Below are positions 1-7,477 of a stretch of 12,261 nucleotides of DNA, piece by piece. A model generated the notes under the pieces. That model was not told the DNA's origin. It made no database searches and worked only from the letters and a program-made list of their open reading frames with translations. Origin of the DNA: Candidatus Heimdallarchaeota archaeon (GTDB lineage: Archaea > Asgardarchaeota > Heimdallarchaeia > Heimdallarchaeales > Heimdallarchaeaceae). The DNA is taken from NCBI GenBank assembly GCA_018238545.1, contig JABCTC010000068.1, forward strand, positions 1 through 12,261, written 5' to 3'. The stretch's first letter is position 1. The number at the start of each line of letters is the position of its first letter. The position numbers and the translations under genes were made by a program.

Positions 1-98
1 GATCCTCATGATTCTTCCCCTCAACGCACGTGAGGGGACCCACTTAAACGACGGTTAGACCGCCCCTGGCAAGTTTGACCAAGTTTCATGACGTGCGT
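1..98 (-). mobile_element. Putative end of an inserted element (or chimeric junction) interrupting the ABC substrate-binding protein gene
   Basis: Bases 1-100 are 53% GC by hand count, against 39% for 101-200. The SBP-like sequence stops at ...KEMPY(A) and runs into an atypical tail RHETWSNLPGAV*. Hairpins at 16-38 (TCCCCTCA-7nt-TGAGGGGA) and 50-64. On the minus strand an SD-like GAGGGG precedes an ATG at 9 that runs off the window. No transposase is visible. Confidence 0.4.
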
Positions 99-462
99 AT
101 GGCATTTCTTTATTCATACCAAAAATATTCAATGAACCGTCTTCACCATAAATGTCATACATATCTGGTGAGGCACCGCCTCCTGATAAACCTACAACAC
201 CTATGTCAAAGTCTCTTGTTAGCATCAGAGTTCCAAGGAACACTGTCCATTCTTCGACTTTAACTTCGATTTCTATTCCTATCTCTCTTAGGTATTGAGC
301 AATATACAAACAATAATCAGGTCGTACGCCACCGCCATTTGTTTTACAAACTAAATTAGCTATTGGCTGAACTCCTGCATAAGTGTTATTTGCGTTGTAT
401 ACACTCATTACAGCTAAACTAGAAAGGATCATTACTGTAAAAAGTATCACTTTTTCATTCAA
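55..462 (-). pseudogene. ABC transporter substrate-binding protein, family 5 (OppA/DppA-like); N-terminal fragment, interrupted at about 95
   Basis: TTG start with SD AGGTGG and a hydrophobic signal peptide (VILFTVMILSSLAVMSV). The motif IAQYLREIGIEIEVKVEEW...RDFDIGVVGL...SPD is typical of SBP family 5. At 135 aa it is far shorter than a complete SBP, and the last ~12 codons lie in the GC-rich segment. Confidence 0.7.
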
Positions 463-667
463 ATTTTTCCACCTATTTTATTATAGAGCATTATCTCTAA
501 TGCTTCAATCTTTTACTAGTTACTGCACTTATTATGCTGTTTGTGTATTGTCCCACACAGTAACTATTTCTTATAAGTGTGTGATTTTCACCTCTCTCTT
601 CTTTTATTAATTGTCTTTTCCTTTGTTTAAAACTAGGTTCTTTACTTGTTCTTCTTCACTCGCTAAT

Positions 668-675
668 TTTATATA
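668..675 (+). promoter_or_regulatory. Archaeal TATA box for the DMT transporter gene
   Basis: TTTATATA consensus about 80 nt upstream of the ATG at 753. Confidence 0.5.
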
Positions 676-752
676 ATGCCTTTCAACATTATTGTGTCCT
701 CCTACACCCATCACACTATTGTGATGTCAGTATTAAAGATGTGATTCAAGGC

Positions 753-1754
753 ATGAAGTCAATTTCGGAAATCGTCAAAACACGTGCTTTTTCTATCTTT
801 CAAGCATTTTTTGTGACAATTCTATGGTCTTCATCTTGGCCAATAATGAAGATCGGTCTAGAAGCTATTCCCCCACTTTTCTTCGCAGGATTACGTTATT
901 TTATCGCTTCTTTGATTCTAGTAATAATTGTCCTATCTACTCCCAAAAATCGTAAAATGATAAAAACTATTTCACGGAGATGGTGGATTAAATTGGTAAT
1001 ATACGGGCTTATTTTTTATACCTTTACACAAGGTGCCCAGTTTGTTGCTATACTTTATCTTGAAGATACAATTACTGCAAGTCTTCTTCTCAGTTTTACT
1101 CCCATATTGGTTCTGATTCTAGCCATCTTCCTTGTTAAAGAAAAGCCTAATCTAGCACAAATTCTTTTTGTTTTCACTGCTCTTGTTGGTGCTTTGATGT
1201 ACTTTTATCCATTTGTAGAAATTCAAACATCAATACTGGGTATAATTGGGTTAATTGCTGCAATTGTTGGGCTTGTTGCAAATGCTTTGTCGACAATTAT
1301 GGGACGGGCTATTAATAAATCTCAAAAATTTAGTCCATTGGTTATAACAACCATTAGTATGTTGATTGGATCAGTTGTTTTACTAGTGTCCGGAATAATT
1401 ATTGAGGGAATTCCAGTATTGTCTTTAACATCGATTGGTTACATTCTTTGGTTGAGTTTTGTAAATACAGCTTTCGCATTCACTTTATGGAACAATGTTA
1501 TGCGGAAACTTCAAGCTGTTGAAATTTCAATAATCAATAATACTATGCTAGTGCAAATAGCTATTCTCGCTCTAATCTTTCTTAATGAAAGACCATCAGT
1601 TCTTGAGTGGATTGGCGTAGCCATTGTTGCTGTATCAGCGTTGTTGCTACAAATTTTCAAACCAAAACGTGATGAAACTCAACTCTTTCCATTTAAAAAA
1701 ACTGAAGAAGCTGCTTTAGTTGAGAAAGAACTTCAATCTAATGGTAAAAAATAA
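753..1754 (+). CDS. DMT superfamily (EamA-type) transporter
   Basis: About 10 hydrophobic helices in two EamA repeats, with motifs ILWSSSWPIMKIGL..IPPLFFAGLRY, LVKEK and FLNERPSVLEWIG. ATG at 753 is preferred because GATGTGA just upstream is SD-like; GTG at 741 is the alternative. Confidence 0.9.
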   Translation: MKSISEIVKTRAFSIFQAFFVTILWSSSWPIMKIGLEAIPPLFFAGLRYFIASLILVIIVLSTPKNRKMIKTISRRWWIKLVIYGLIFYTFTQGAQFVAILYLEDTITASLLLSFTPILVLILAIFLVKEKPNLAQILFVFTALVGALMYFYPFVEIQTSILGIIGLIAAIVGLVANALSTIMGRAINKSQKFSPLVITTISMLIGSVVLLVSGIIIEGIPVLSLTSIGYILWLSFVNTAFAFTLWNNVMRKLQAVEISIINNTMLVQIAILALIFLNERPSVLEWIGVAIVAVSALLLQIFKPKRDETQLFPFKKTEEAALVEKELQSNGKK

Positions 1755-1770
1755 AAAAAGGATGAAGAAG

Positions 1771-2667
1771 TTATTTTCTTTTTCTTCTTACCATTACTAT
1801 ACTAAAAACTATTAACCCTACTACAGCAAACGACCATTCATAAGATGCACTGGTTGGTAACTGAGTACTTTCTATCAATAAATCAACTGATTCAGCGTCA
1901 TTATCTAACGAACCTTCAACCTCATGAATTCTATGCCAGCTGTAAGTGTATTGCATATATGTTGCTAGCCCAGTTTCTCTGTTAAATCTTAGTTCTGCAA
2001 CCAAAGTTTCAGTAGTAAAGTCTTTGAACCAATTATCTGGGTTTCTGAAGTTTTCTATTGTCTCTTCTTCAGAATAATCAATATTAATTGACCAAGTATC
2101 TTTACTTAGTTTAGTAGAAGTAACAACTTTTTCAATTTCAAGTTCATAATAGGCATATTCCTTAATCTCTGTTCTTCCTTCGTAATTTACTTCAGCATAA
2201 CTATTGTGGTAAATCAGAAAGTTGTCATATGCACCAGTTGAATTTGTGTACAGTGTAGGTTCCAGGAAATAATAGCTCCCTAATCCCATCCAAGATAAAT
2301 CAAATAAACCAATGTCATCTACATTTGTAGATTTATTTACACCGTTAAGATAAAATTCAACCCATACATTTGAAATGTTTAACAGTTGAAGCGGATCTCC
2401 TATTACTGTTTCATTTACATCTAACAGTATCTTTGCTGATAATGTATCTCCTTGACTAATAGTTTCATCTCCATAATCCAAAAATGATGTACTTGCTGAA
2501 CCAACCACACTAAGTGTAGTTACGCTCCATTCATAAGTGACATCAGGGACTAATAGTAATGAATAACTATATTCTTGACCTCTTACTATGTTGTTTGAGT
2601 TCAAAGAACTAAGAATAATTAAGGAGAAGAATACTCCTAGTAAAATAATTTTTTTAGAATTTCTCAT
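1771..2667 (-). CDS. Secreted/cell-surface protein with signal peptide and C-terminal membrane anchor (hypothetical)
   Basis: N-terminal MRNSKK plus a hydrophobic stretch; acidic, S/T/Y-rich body with several N-x-S/T sequons; C-terminal TM helix (WSFAVVGLIVFSIVMV) followed by RRKRK. SD AGGTGA; TATA-like TTATATAA at 2711-2718. Confidence 0.8.
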   Translation of the reverse strand: MRNSKKIILLGVFFSLIILSSLNSNNIVRGQEYSYSLLLVPDVTYEWSVTTLSVVGSASTSFLDYGDETISQGDTLSAKILLDVNETVIGDPLQLLNISNVWVEFYLNGVNKSTNVDDIGLFDLSWMGLGSYYFLEPTLYTNSTGAYDNFLIYHNSYAEVNYEGRTEIKEYAYYELEIEKVVTSTKLSKDTWSINIDYSEEETIENFRNPDNWFKDFTTETLVAELRFNRETGLATYMQYTYSWHRIHEVEGSLDNDAESVDLLIESTQLPTSASYEWSFAVVGLIVFSIVMVRRKRK

Positions 2668-2790
2668 CTTTTCTCACCTAAGCTAATTCTTAAACAAAGA
2701 ATGCTTGTAATTATATAATCGCTTTTTAAATAATATAAACTTTTGGAGAATACTAAAGGTAGAAAAATAGGGAGAATTAAGTGTACATCC

Positions 2791-3999
2791 TTAATTCTTA
2801 TGTTTATGCTCTTTTAGGAGTTTAATGAATTCAGGAATAATCTCGTGCATATTCCCAATTATCCCAAAATCTGCTACTTTGAAAATTGGTGCATCAGCAT
2901 CATTATTTACTGCTATTATGGTATCAGAGGAAGACATTCCAACAAGATGTTGAATTGCTCCTGAAATCCCAAATGCAATATATAAAGTTGGGGCGACAGT
3001 TTTTCCTGATTGACCTACTTGCAGAGGATGTGGTATCCAACCCAAATCAACTAGAGCTCTTGAACCAGAAACAGTCCCATCTAATTCCTTGGCAAGATTT
3101 TCAATAACCTTGATATTCTCTTTGTTTCCAATTCCACGACCTACTGAAACAAGAATTTTAGATTCTTCGATGTTGATGCCTTCATCTTTGGATACTATTT
3201 CCTCAATGATTTTAGTCCTTATACTATATGGTTTGAGATTTACATCAACTCTCTTTATTTCTCCAGTTTTGTTCTCATCTGGATCTGGTTTTGGAAAAAC
3301 ATTTGGTCTCACTGATGACATTTGTGGTCTTGTGTAAGGTGACAGAATAGATGCCATAATATTACCTCCAAAAGCTGGACGGGTTTGAAGCAACTGTCTG
3401 TTTTCGTTAATATCTAAACCAGTACAATCAGCTGTTAAACCCAACGCTAGCCTTGCTGCTATCCTTGGAGCTAAATCACGACCATTAGGTGTTGCTCCAT
3501 ATAACACCACCGAAGGTTTTTCTGATGCAATGACAGATGAAATAACTGTTGCATACCCATCAGTAGAATACTCTTCCAGTAGCTCATGTTCGCATAGATA
3601 AACAATATCTGCTCCATGGTGGATAAGAGTCTGTGCGAGATGCTCAACATCTTTACCAAGTAAAAGAATTGCAAGTGATTCACCTAGTTTATCTGCAAGC
3701 TCTTTCCCCTTGCCGAGTAACTCTAAAGCAACGTTTTTGATTACAATCTTTCCATCTTTTTTCTCCCATTCTCCCCAAACAAAAACCTTGTTGAATTTAG
3801 CTAATTCTTCTTCAGAAACTGCTTTTCTTTCAATACTCAATGCTTCGAAATTACACGCACTTACACATGCTCCACAAAGAGTACAATTATCAAGAACTTT
3901 AGCCTTTTTTGTTTCTGGAACAACTACAATTGCACCAAAAGGACAAACCCTTTCACAAACTTTACAACCTGTACACGCTTCTATATCTACTTCCAACAT
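2791..3999 (-). CDS. etfA: Electron transfer flavoprotein alpha subunit with N-terminal 2x[4Fe-4S] ferredoxin domain
   Basis: Ferredoxin motifs CTGCKVCERVCP and CTLCGACVSAC. ETF-alpha motifs GRDLAPRIA, LTADCT, QTRPAFGGN, QVGQSGKTVAP and GISGAIQHLVGM. The ATG at 3999 follows SD AGGTGA, which overlaps the etfB stop; the track's GTG at 4008 lies inside that SD. Confidence 0.95.
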   Translation of the reverse strand: MLEVDIEACTGCKVCERVCPFGAIVVVPETKKAKVLDNCTLCGACVSACNFEALSIERKAVSEEELAKFNKVFVWGEWEKKDGKIVIKNVALELLGKGKELADKLGESLAILLLGKDVEHLAQTLIHHGADIVYLCEHELLEEYSTDGYATVISSVIASEKPSVVLYGATPNGRDLAPRIAARLALGLTADCTGLDINENRQLLQTRPAFGGNIMASILSPYTRPQMSSVRPNVFPKPDPDENKTGEIKRVDVNLKPYSIRTKIIEEIVSKDEGINIEESKILVSVGRGIGNKENIKVIENLAKELDGTVSGSRALVDLGWIPHPLQVGQSGKTVAPTLYIAFGISGAIQHLVGMSSSDTIIAVNNDADAPIFKVADFGIIGNMHEIIPEFIKLLKEHKHKN

Positions 4000-4004
4000 A
4001 TTTT

Positions 4005-4808
4005 TCACCTTTTAATAAAATTATTTTCTACTAAATAGTCTAGAAGTTTCTGAGCAGCAATTTTAGGGTCTTTCCCATCAACTATCTCTCCCCCAGTTTT
4101 AACTGGTGGCGCAAATATTTTATCTACTTGAGTGGGGGAAGCTTTTAGTCCTATTTTATTTTCATCAATGTTTATGTCATCTGCTGAAAAAGTTTCAATG
4201 GGTTTACTTCTCGAATCTAATACCTGTTGCATAGATGGAACTCTACGAATATTAGACCCTTTACTCATTGTTACTAATGCAGGCATTTTTACAGAAAGAA
4301 CTTGGTAACCAGTTTCTGTCTCGCGTTTGACTTCTACTCTTTTTCCATTGATTTTCACATCTACTCCATAAGTGATTTGGGGAATACCTAACTGTTCAGC
4401 TGTTTCTGCTGGAACTTGTGCTGTATCACCATCAATGGCTTGTTTTCCTGCAAGTATTAAATCAAAATCCGGTTCTATATGTACAACACCCTCTTTGAGC
4501 GCAGTGGATGTAGCCCAAACGTCAGAACCAGCAAATTTTCTATCAGATATCAGATAACCTTTATCGGCTCCTAATTCCAAACATCGGTACAAAACCGCTT
4601 TAGCTTGAGGAGGACCCATTGTAATTGCTGTAATTTCAATGTTCAATTCCGGATACTCTTGTTTCAATTTAGCCGCTTGATCTAAAGCATATTCGCAATA
4701 GGGATTAAGAATAGAATCTACACCTTCTCGGATTAGTGTTCCTGTTTCAGGATCAACCGCTACTTTATCTGCTTCTGGAACTTGTTTAACAAGAATTACG
4801 ATTTTCAT
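4005..4808 (-). CDS. etfB: Electron transfer flavoprotein beta subunit
   Basis: Motifs MKIVILVKQVP, MGPPQA, SDRKFAGSDVWATS, GKQAIDGDTAQV and GLKASPTQV. The ATG at 4808 forms an ATGA overlap with the upstream stop and has SD AGGAG at suitable spacing. Confidence 0.95.
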   Translation of the reverse strand: MKIVILVKQVPEADKVAVDPETGTLIREGVDSILNPYCEYALDQAAKLKQEYPELNIEITAITMGPPQAKAVLYRCLELGADKGYLISDRKFAGSDVWATSTALKEGVVHIEPDFDLILAGKQAIDGDTAQVPAETAEQLGIPQITYGVDVKINGKRVEVKRETETGYQVLSVKMPALVTMSKGSNIRRVPSMQQVLDSRSKPIETFSADDINIDENKIGLKASPTQVDKIFAPPVKTGGEIVDGKDPKIAAQKLLDYLVENNFIKR

Positions 4809-6442
4809 ACACATCTACTCCTTGGGAATATATTACCACAATTGATTAAACAATGTGGGTCGAATTTACACTTAATCGCTTTCATTTGTTCAATCCCTTC
4901 TTCTCCAAACATTATCTCTAGGTATTCGTGTTTTATTTTTCCAATCCCGTGTTCAGCTGAAACAGAACCACCATAAGAAACAGCTTTTCTAGCAAATTTC
5001 ATATAAAGTTCTTTTCCTTTCTTCAGCTCTTTTAAATTCCTTGGGAGGATATTAACATGAACGTGATTGTCACCTATGTGGCCCCAGACAACGTACTCTA
5101 GCCCTTCTTCCTTTAGCGAATCATGATAAAATTTCATTATTTCTTTTAGATGTTGGTCTTCTGCGGACATGTCAGTACCAAGTTTGTGAATTGAGGGATA
5201 TTGTTTCTTTCTTTCGGCTATAATATTATTGACTATTTCAGGAACTGCGTGTCTGAAATGCTTTATACGCTCCAACTCCCTGTCTTCATATACGCACCAT
5301 GTATCTTCAAGTGATGAATTACACTTTTGGAGAATCACGCTTATTTGAGTAAATATTTTCTCCAAGTCTTCTTCAGAATATGCCAAATCAAACGATATAG
5401 CTGTTTTGACCTCTTTTGTTATGTTGGGCATATTCACGAATTTTGGATCTATCTCCTGTTTATCTCGCAACAAATTCAAAGCATTATTGTCAAAATATTC
5501 TATGAACTCAGGGGATAGATTCTCATCATCTCGAAGAAGTCTGACAAAATCGATAGCATCTTCTTCTTTTTTGAAGAAACCCACACATGATATTTGAGCA
5601 TTGTATTCCTTAATCCAGATATCTGCTTCTGTGATTATCCCGAAAATACCTTCAGATCCAATGAATAAATCAATCAAATCCATATTTGGCTCAGTAAATA
5701 ACCCAGCAGCATTCTTTGCCTTTGGCATGTGATAATAAGGTGTTTTAATGATAAGCTCCTTTCCAGCTGTTTTCACGATAAAAATGCCATCCTCAGCTTT
5801 ATATTGACCTCTAGTGATGTTTAAAACCTCACAAGTTCCAAGAACCACTCGGATACGACGAACCCAATCTCTTGTGGGTCCATATTTGAAAGATCTGGCA
5901 CCAGATGCATTAGCACATATTGTACCACCTAATGAAGCAGTCATTTCTGTAGGATCCATTGGATAATACATTGTGCATTCTTCCATGAATTTTTCAGCCC
6001 AATCGCTTTCAGGTGGAATACTTTGATTCTGACCACATTTTTTGAGTTTTACATACTCATTTATCTCATCAAGAGATATGCTTGGTTGACATCGTAAGAA
6101 CCAGCGCTGTGCATTTTCATCGAATCCAATTCCAATAGTCTCATTCATCCTTTCTAAGGACATAACGGCTCCACCAAAAGGGACCGCCGAACCTACTATC
6201 CCAGTTCGAGCAGCGGAAATTGTAATCATGTTGTTTTCTTCTTTCATCTTGTTTATGATGGAAACAATTTCATTTTCTGTCGTTGGGAAAAATAACCATT
6301 CTGCGTTACCTCCACTGATTTTAGATTCATCAACTAAATAACTAGGATAAGACTCTGAAATAATCATATCACCCTTAACTGATTTAATCTCATCAAATGG
6401 AGCAAACTCTACTTTTTCTGCAACAATAACATTCGTGGGCAT
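4805..6442 (-). CDS. FAD-binding oxidoreductase, GlcD/LctD (D-lactate/glycolate dehydrogenase) family
   Basis: FAD_binding_4-type motifs DPTEMTASLGGTICANASG and FIGSEGIFGIITEA. C-terminal metal-binding motifs GHIGDNHVH and SAEHGIG, then KFDP...NCG. SD AGGAG; first gene of an operon with etfBA. Confidence 0.9.
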   Translation of the reverse strand: MPTNVIVAEKVEFAPFDEIKSVKGDMIISESYPSYLVDESKISGGNAEWLFFPTTENEIVSIINKMKEENNMITISAARTGIVGSAVPFGGAVMSLERMNETIGIGFDENAQRWFLRCQPSISLDEINEYVKLKKCGQNQSIPPESDWAEKFMEECTMYYPMDPTEMTASLGGTICANASGARSFKYGPTRDWVRRIRVVLGTCEVLNITRGQYKAEDGIFIVKTAGKELIIKTPYYHMPKAKNAAGLFTEPNMDLIDLFIGSEGIFGIITEADIWIKEYNAQISCVGFFKKEEDAIDFVRLLRDDENLSPEFIEYFDNNALNLLRDKQEIDPKFVNMPNITKEVKTAISFDLAYSEEDLEKIFTQISVILQKCNSSLEDTWCVYEDRELERIKHFRHAVPEIVNNIIAERKKQYPSIHKLGTDMSAEDQHLKEIMKFYHDSLKEEGLEYVVWGHIGDNHVHVNILPRNLKELKKGKELYMKFARKAVSYGGSVSAEHGIGKIKHEYLEIMFGEEGIEQMKAIKCKFDPHCLINCGNIFPRSRCV

Positions 6443-6493
6443 TTTGATGCTCCTACAATAATTGTATTTCTGTTTTATGTGATGAAGATATTC

Positions 6494-6501
6494 TATATAA
6501 A
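6494..6501 (-). promoter_or_regulatory. Archaeal TATA box for the oxidoreductase-etfBA operon
   Basis: TTTATATA on the minus strand, about 50 nt upstream of the ATG at 6442. Confidence 0.55.
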
Positions 6502-6701
6502 AGATTAACTAACTAGCCGATATGAGGGAAAATTACTACAGTTGATAGTTTTACAAGAAAAAGGCACAGTATCCACCTCTTTTATTTCAACAACTTTCTA
6601 TTTGAGCCTCCCTCTTAAGTAGGAGAAAAATTATTTGATGGTAGTTCACTGTAGCATTGTGCGTGAATAAAAAGAGATAGGGAGAGACGTGCGGCGATAA
6701 T

Positions 6702-7175
6702 CTATTCCACAATCTGTTCGATTTCAGTTACTTCTTCCTCAGAGCTTTCATCAATAACACCAATTTCTACAGGGGTTCGTGGAATTCTCTCTTTGACTGG
6801 TTCAGGTTCAACTCCTAGTTTTCGCAAAGCGTCAGAGTATCCTTTTCCTAGAAAGAACTCTCTCATTTTTAACCAACTTGTAGTAACCAAATAGGGGATT
6901 GCTAATTTCTCAAAATCCATAGTACATCTATGAGTGTCTTTTGTAAGTTTTGAGGTAGTGTTAATGTCTCCACATTTCAGGCAGATCCTTAATCGTGCTT
7001 TACCATCGTAGAGTTCATTAACTGTTTCTTGATAAATTTGTAATCCCTCTCCCAGTGGTGCATCCAAGAGATCAAGAACAAATCTTCTTGCTCTAGATTT
7101 AACTTGACGTTTCTCAATATTAGTTATTTGATCTGTTGGACCCTTTTTTATAGTTATATTCTTTTTTGATGTCAT
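6702..7175 (-). CDS. Hypothetical protein with a putative C2HC zinc-binding motif
   Basis: 157-aa ORF with SD GGTG and its own TATA box. Contains C-x2-C-x13-H-x-C (CLKC...HRC), a basic N-terminus and an acidic C-terminal tail. A pyrimidine/T tract follows the stop. Confidence 0.8.
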   Translation of the reverse strand: MTSKKNITIKKGPTDQITNIEKRQVKSRARRFVLDLLDAPLGEGLQIYQETVNELYDGKARLRICLKCGDINTTSKLTKDTHRCTMDFEKLAIPYLVTTSWLKMREFFLGKGYSDALRKLGVEPEPVKERIPRTPVEIGVIDESSEEEVTEIEQIVE

Positions 7176-7209
7176 GTCGGCACCATTTTATGTAATCAAT
7201 TCGCCTTTA

Positions 7210-7230
7210 ATGTATATTACTTTCCTACAT
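7210..7230. promoter_or_regulatory. Degenerate copy of the palindromic operator-like site
   Basis: ATGTATA-TTACTTT-CCTACAT has the same 7-7-7 geometry and the same right arm as the 7478-7498 copy. It abuts the leftward TATA box. Confidence 0.5.
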
Positions 7231-7237
7231 ATATAAA
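7230..7237 (-). promoter_or_regulatory. TATA box of the leftward promoter (zinc-finger-like gene)
   Basis: TTTATATA on the minus strand, 55 nt upstream of the ATG at 7175. Confidence 0.6.
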
Positions 7238-7436
7238 TGTATGTCCTATGGTAAAGCCTGCATCAGTTCACTATAATCCCTTGTTTCTCGGCTTAAAATT
7301 CGCATAATCTCTCCCTTATGTCGGAATATGCGGTAAATCTTGCCGCTTTCTATTTTTGCCAAAGCCTCCTATTTTATTCTTTAGACTGCTACTGGCGGTT
7401 ATTGTGCTTATCTCATCTGATCTTTGAACATTCAAG

Positions 7437-7457
7437 ATGTCGGAAATAACCCGACAT
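7437..7457. promoter_or_regulatory. Perfect palindromic operator-like site ATGTCGG-N7-CCGACAT
   Basis: ATGTCGG AAATAAC CCGACAT: perfect 7-bp inverted arms ending 10 nt upstream of the rightward TATA box. Confidence 0.7.
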
Positions 7458-7467
7458 ATGCACAACC

Positions 7468-7475
7468 TTTAAATA
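7468..7475 (+). promoter_or_regulatory. TATA box of the rightward promoter (microprotein cluster)
   Basis: TTTAAATA lies between the two palindromes, about 50 nt upstream of the TTG at 7524 and its GGTGA SD. Confidence 0.6.
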
Positions 7476-7477
7476 TA

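Noticed and set aside
39-60. Integron attC-like core (GTTAGAC/GTCTAAC next to CTTAAAC)
   Set aside because: The spacing between the putative L and R boxes is one base short of the attC sites I know. The complementary half is not present across the central hairpin, and the GTT crossover point does not coincide with the gene breakpoint at about 95.
93-97. GTGCG group II intron 5' consensus on the + strand
   Set aside because: It points into the antisense of the SBP gene rather than into the foreign segment, and no intron domains are visible.
75-610. ORF-track entries 75..263 and 383..610 (+)
   Set aside because: They are antisense to the SBP gene or span promoter DNA, with no SD and no recognisable protein features.
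2886-5597. Short ORFs overlapping etfA, etfB and the oxidoreductase (2886, 3089, 3471, 3710, 4372, 4782, 5327, 5406)
   Set aside because: They are shadow frames of well-supported genes.
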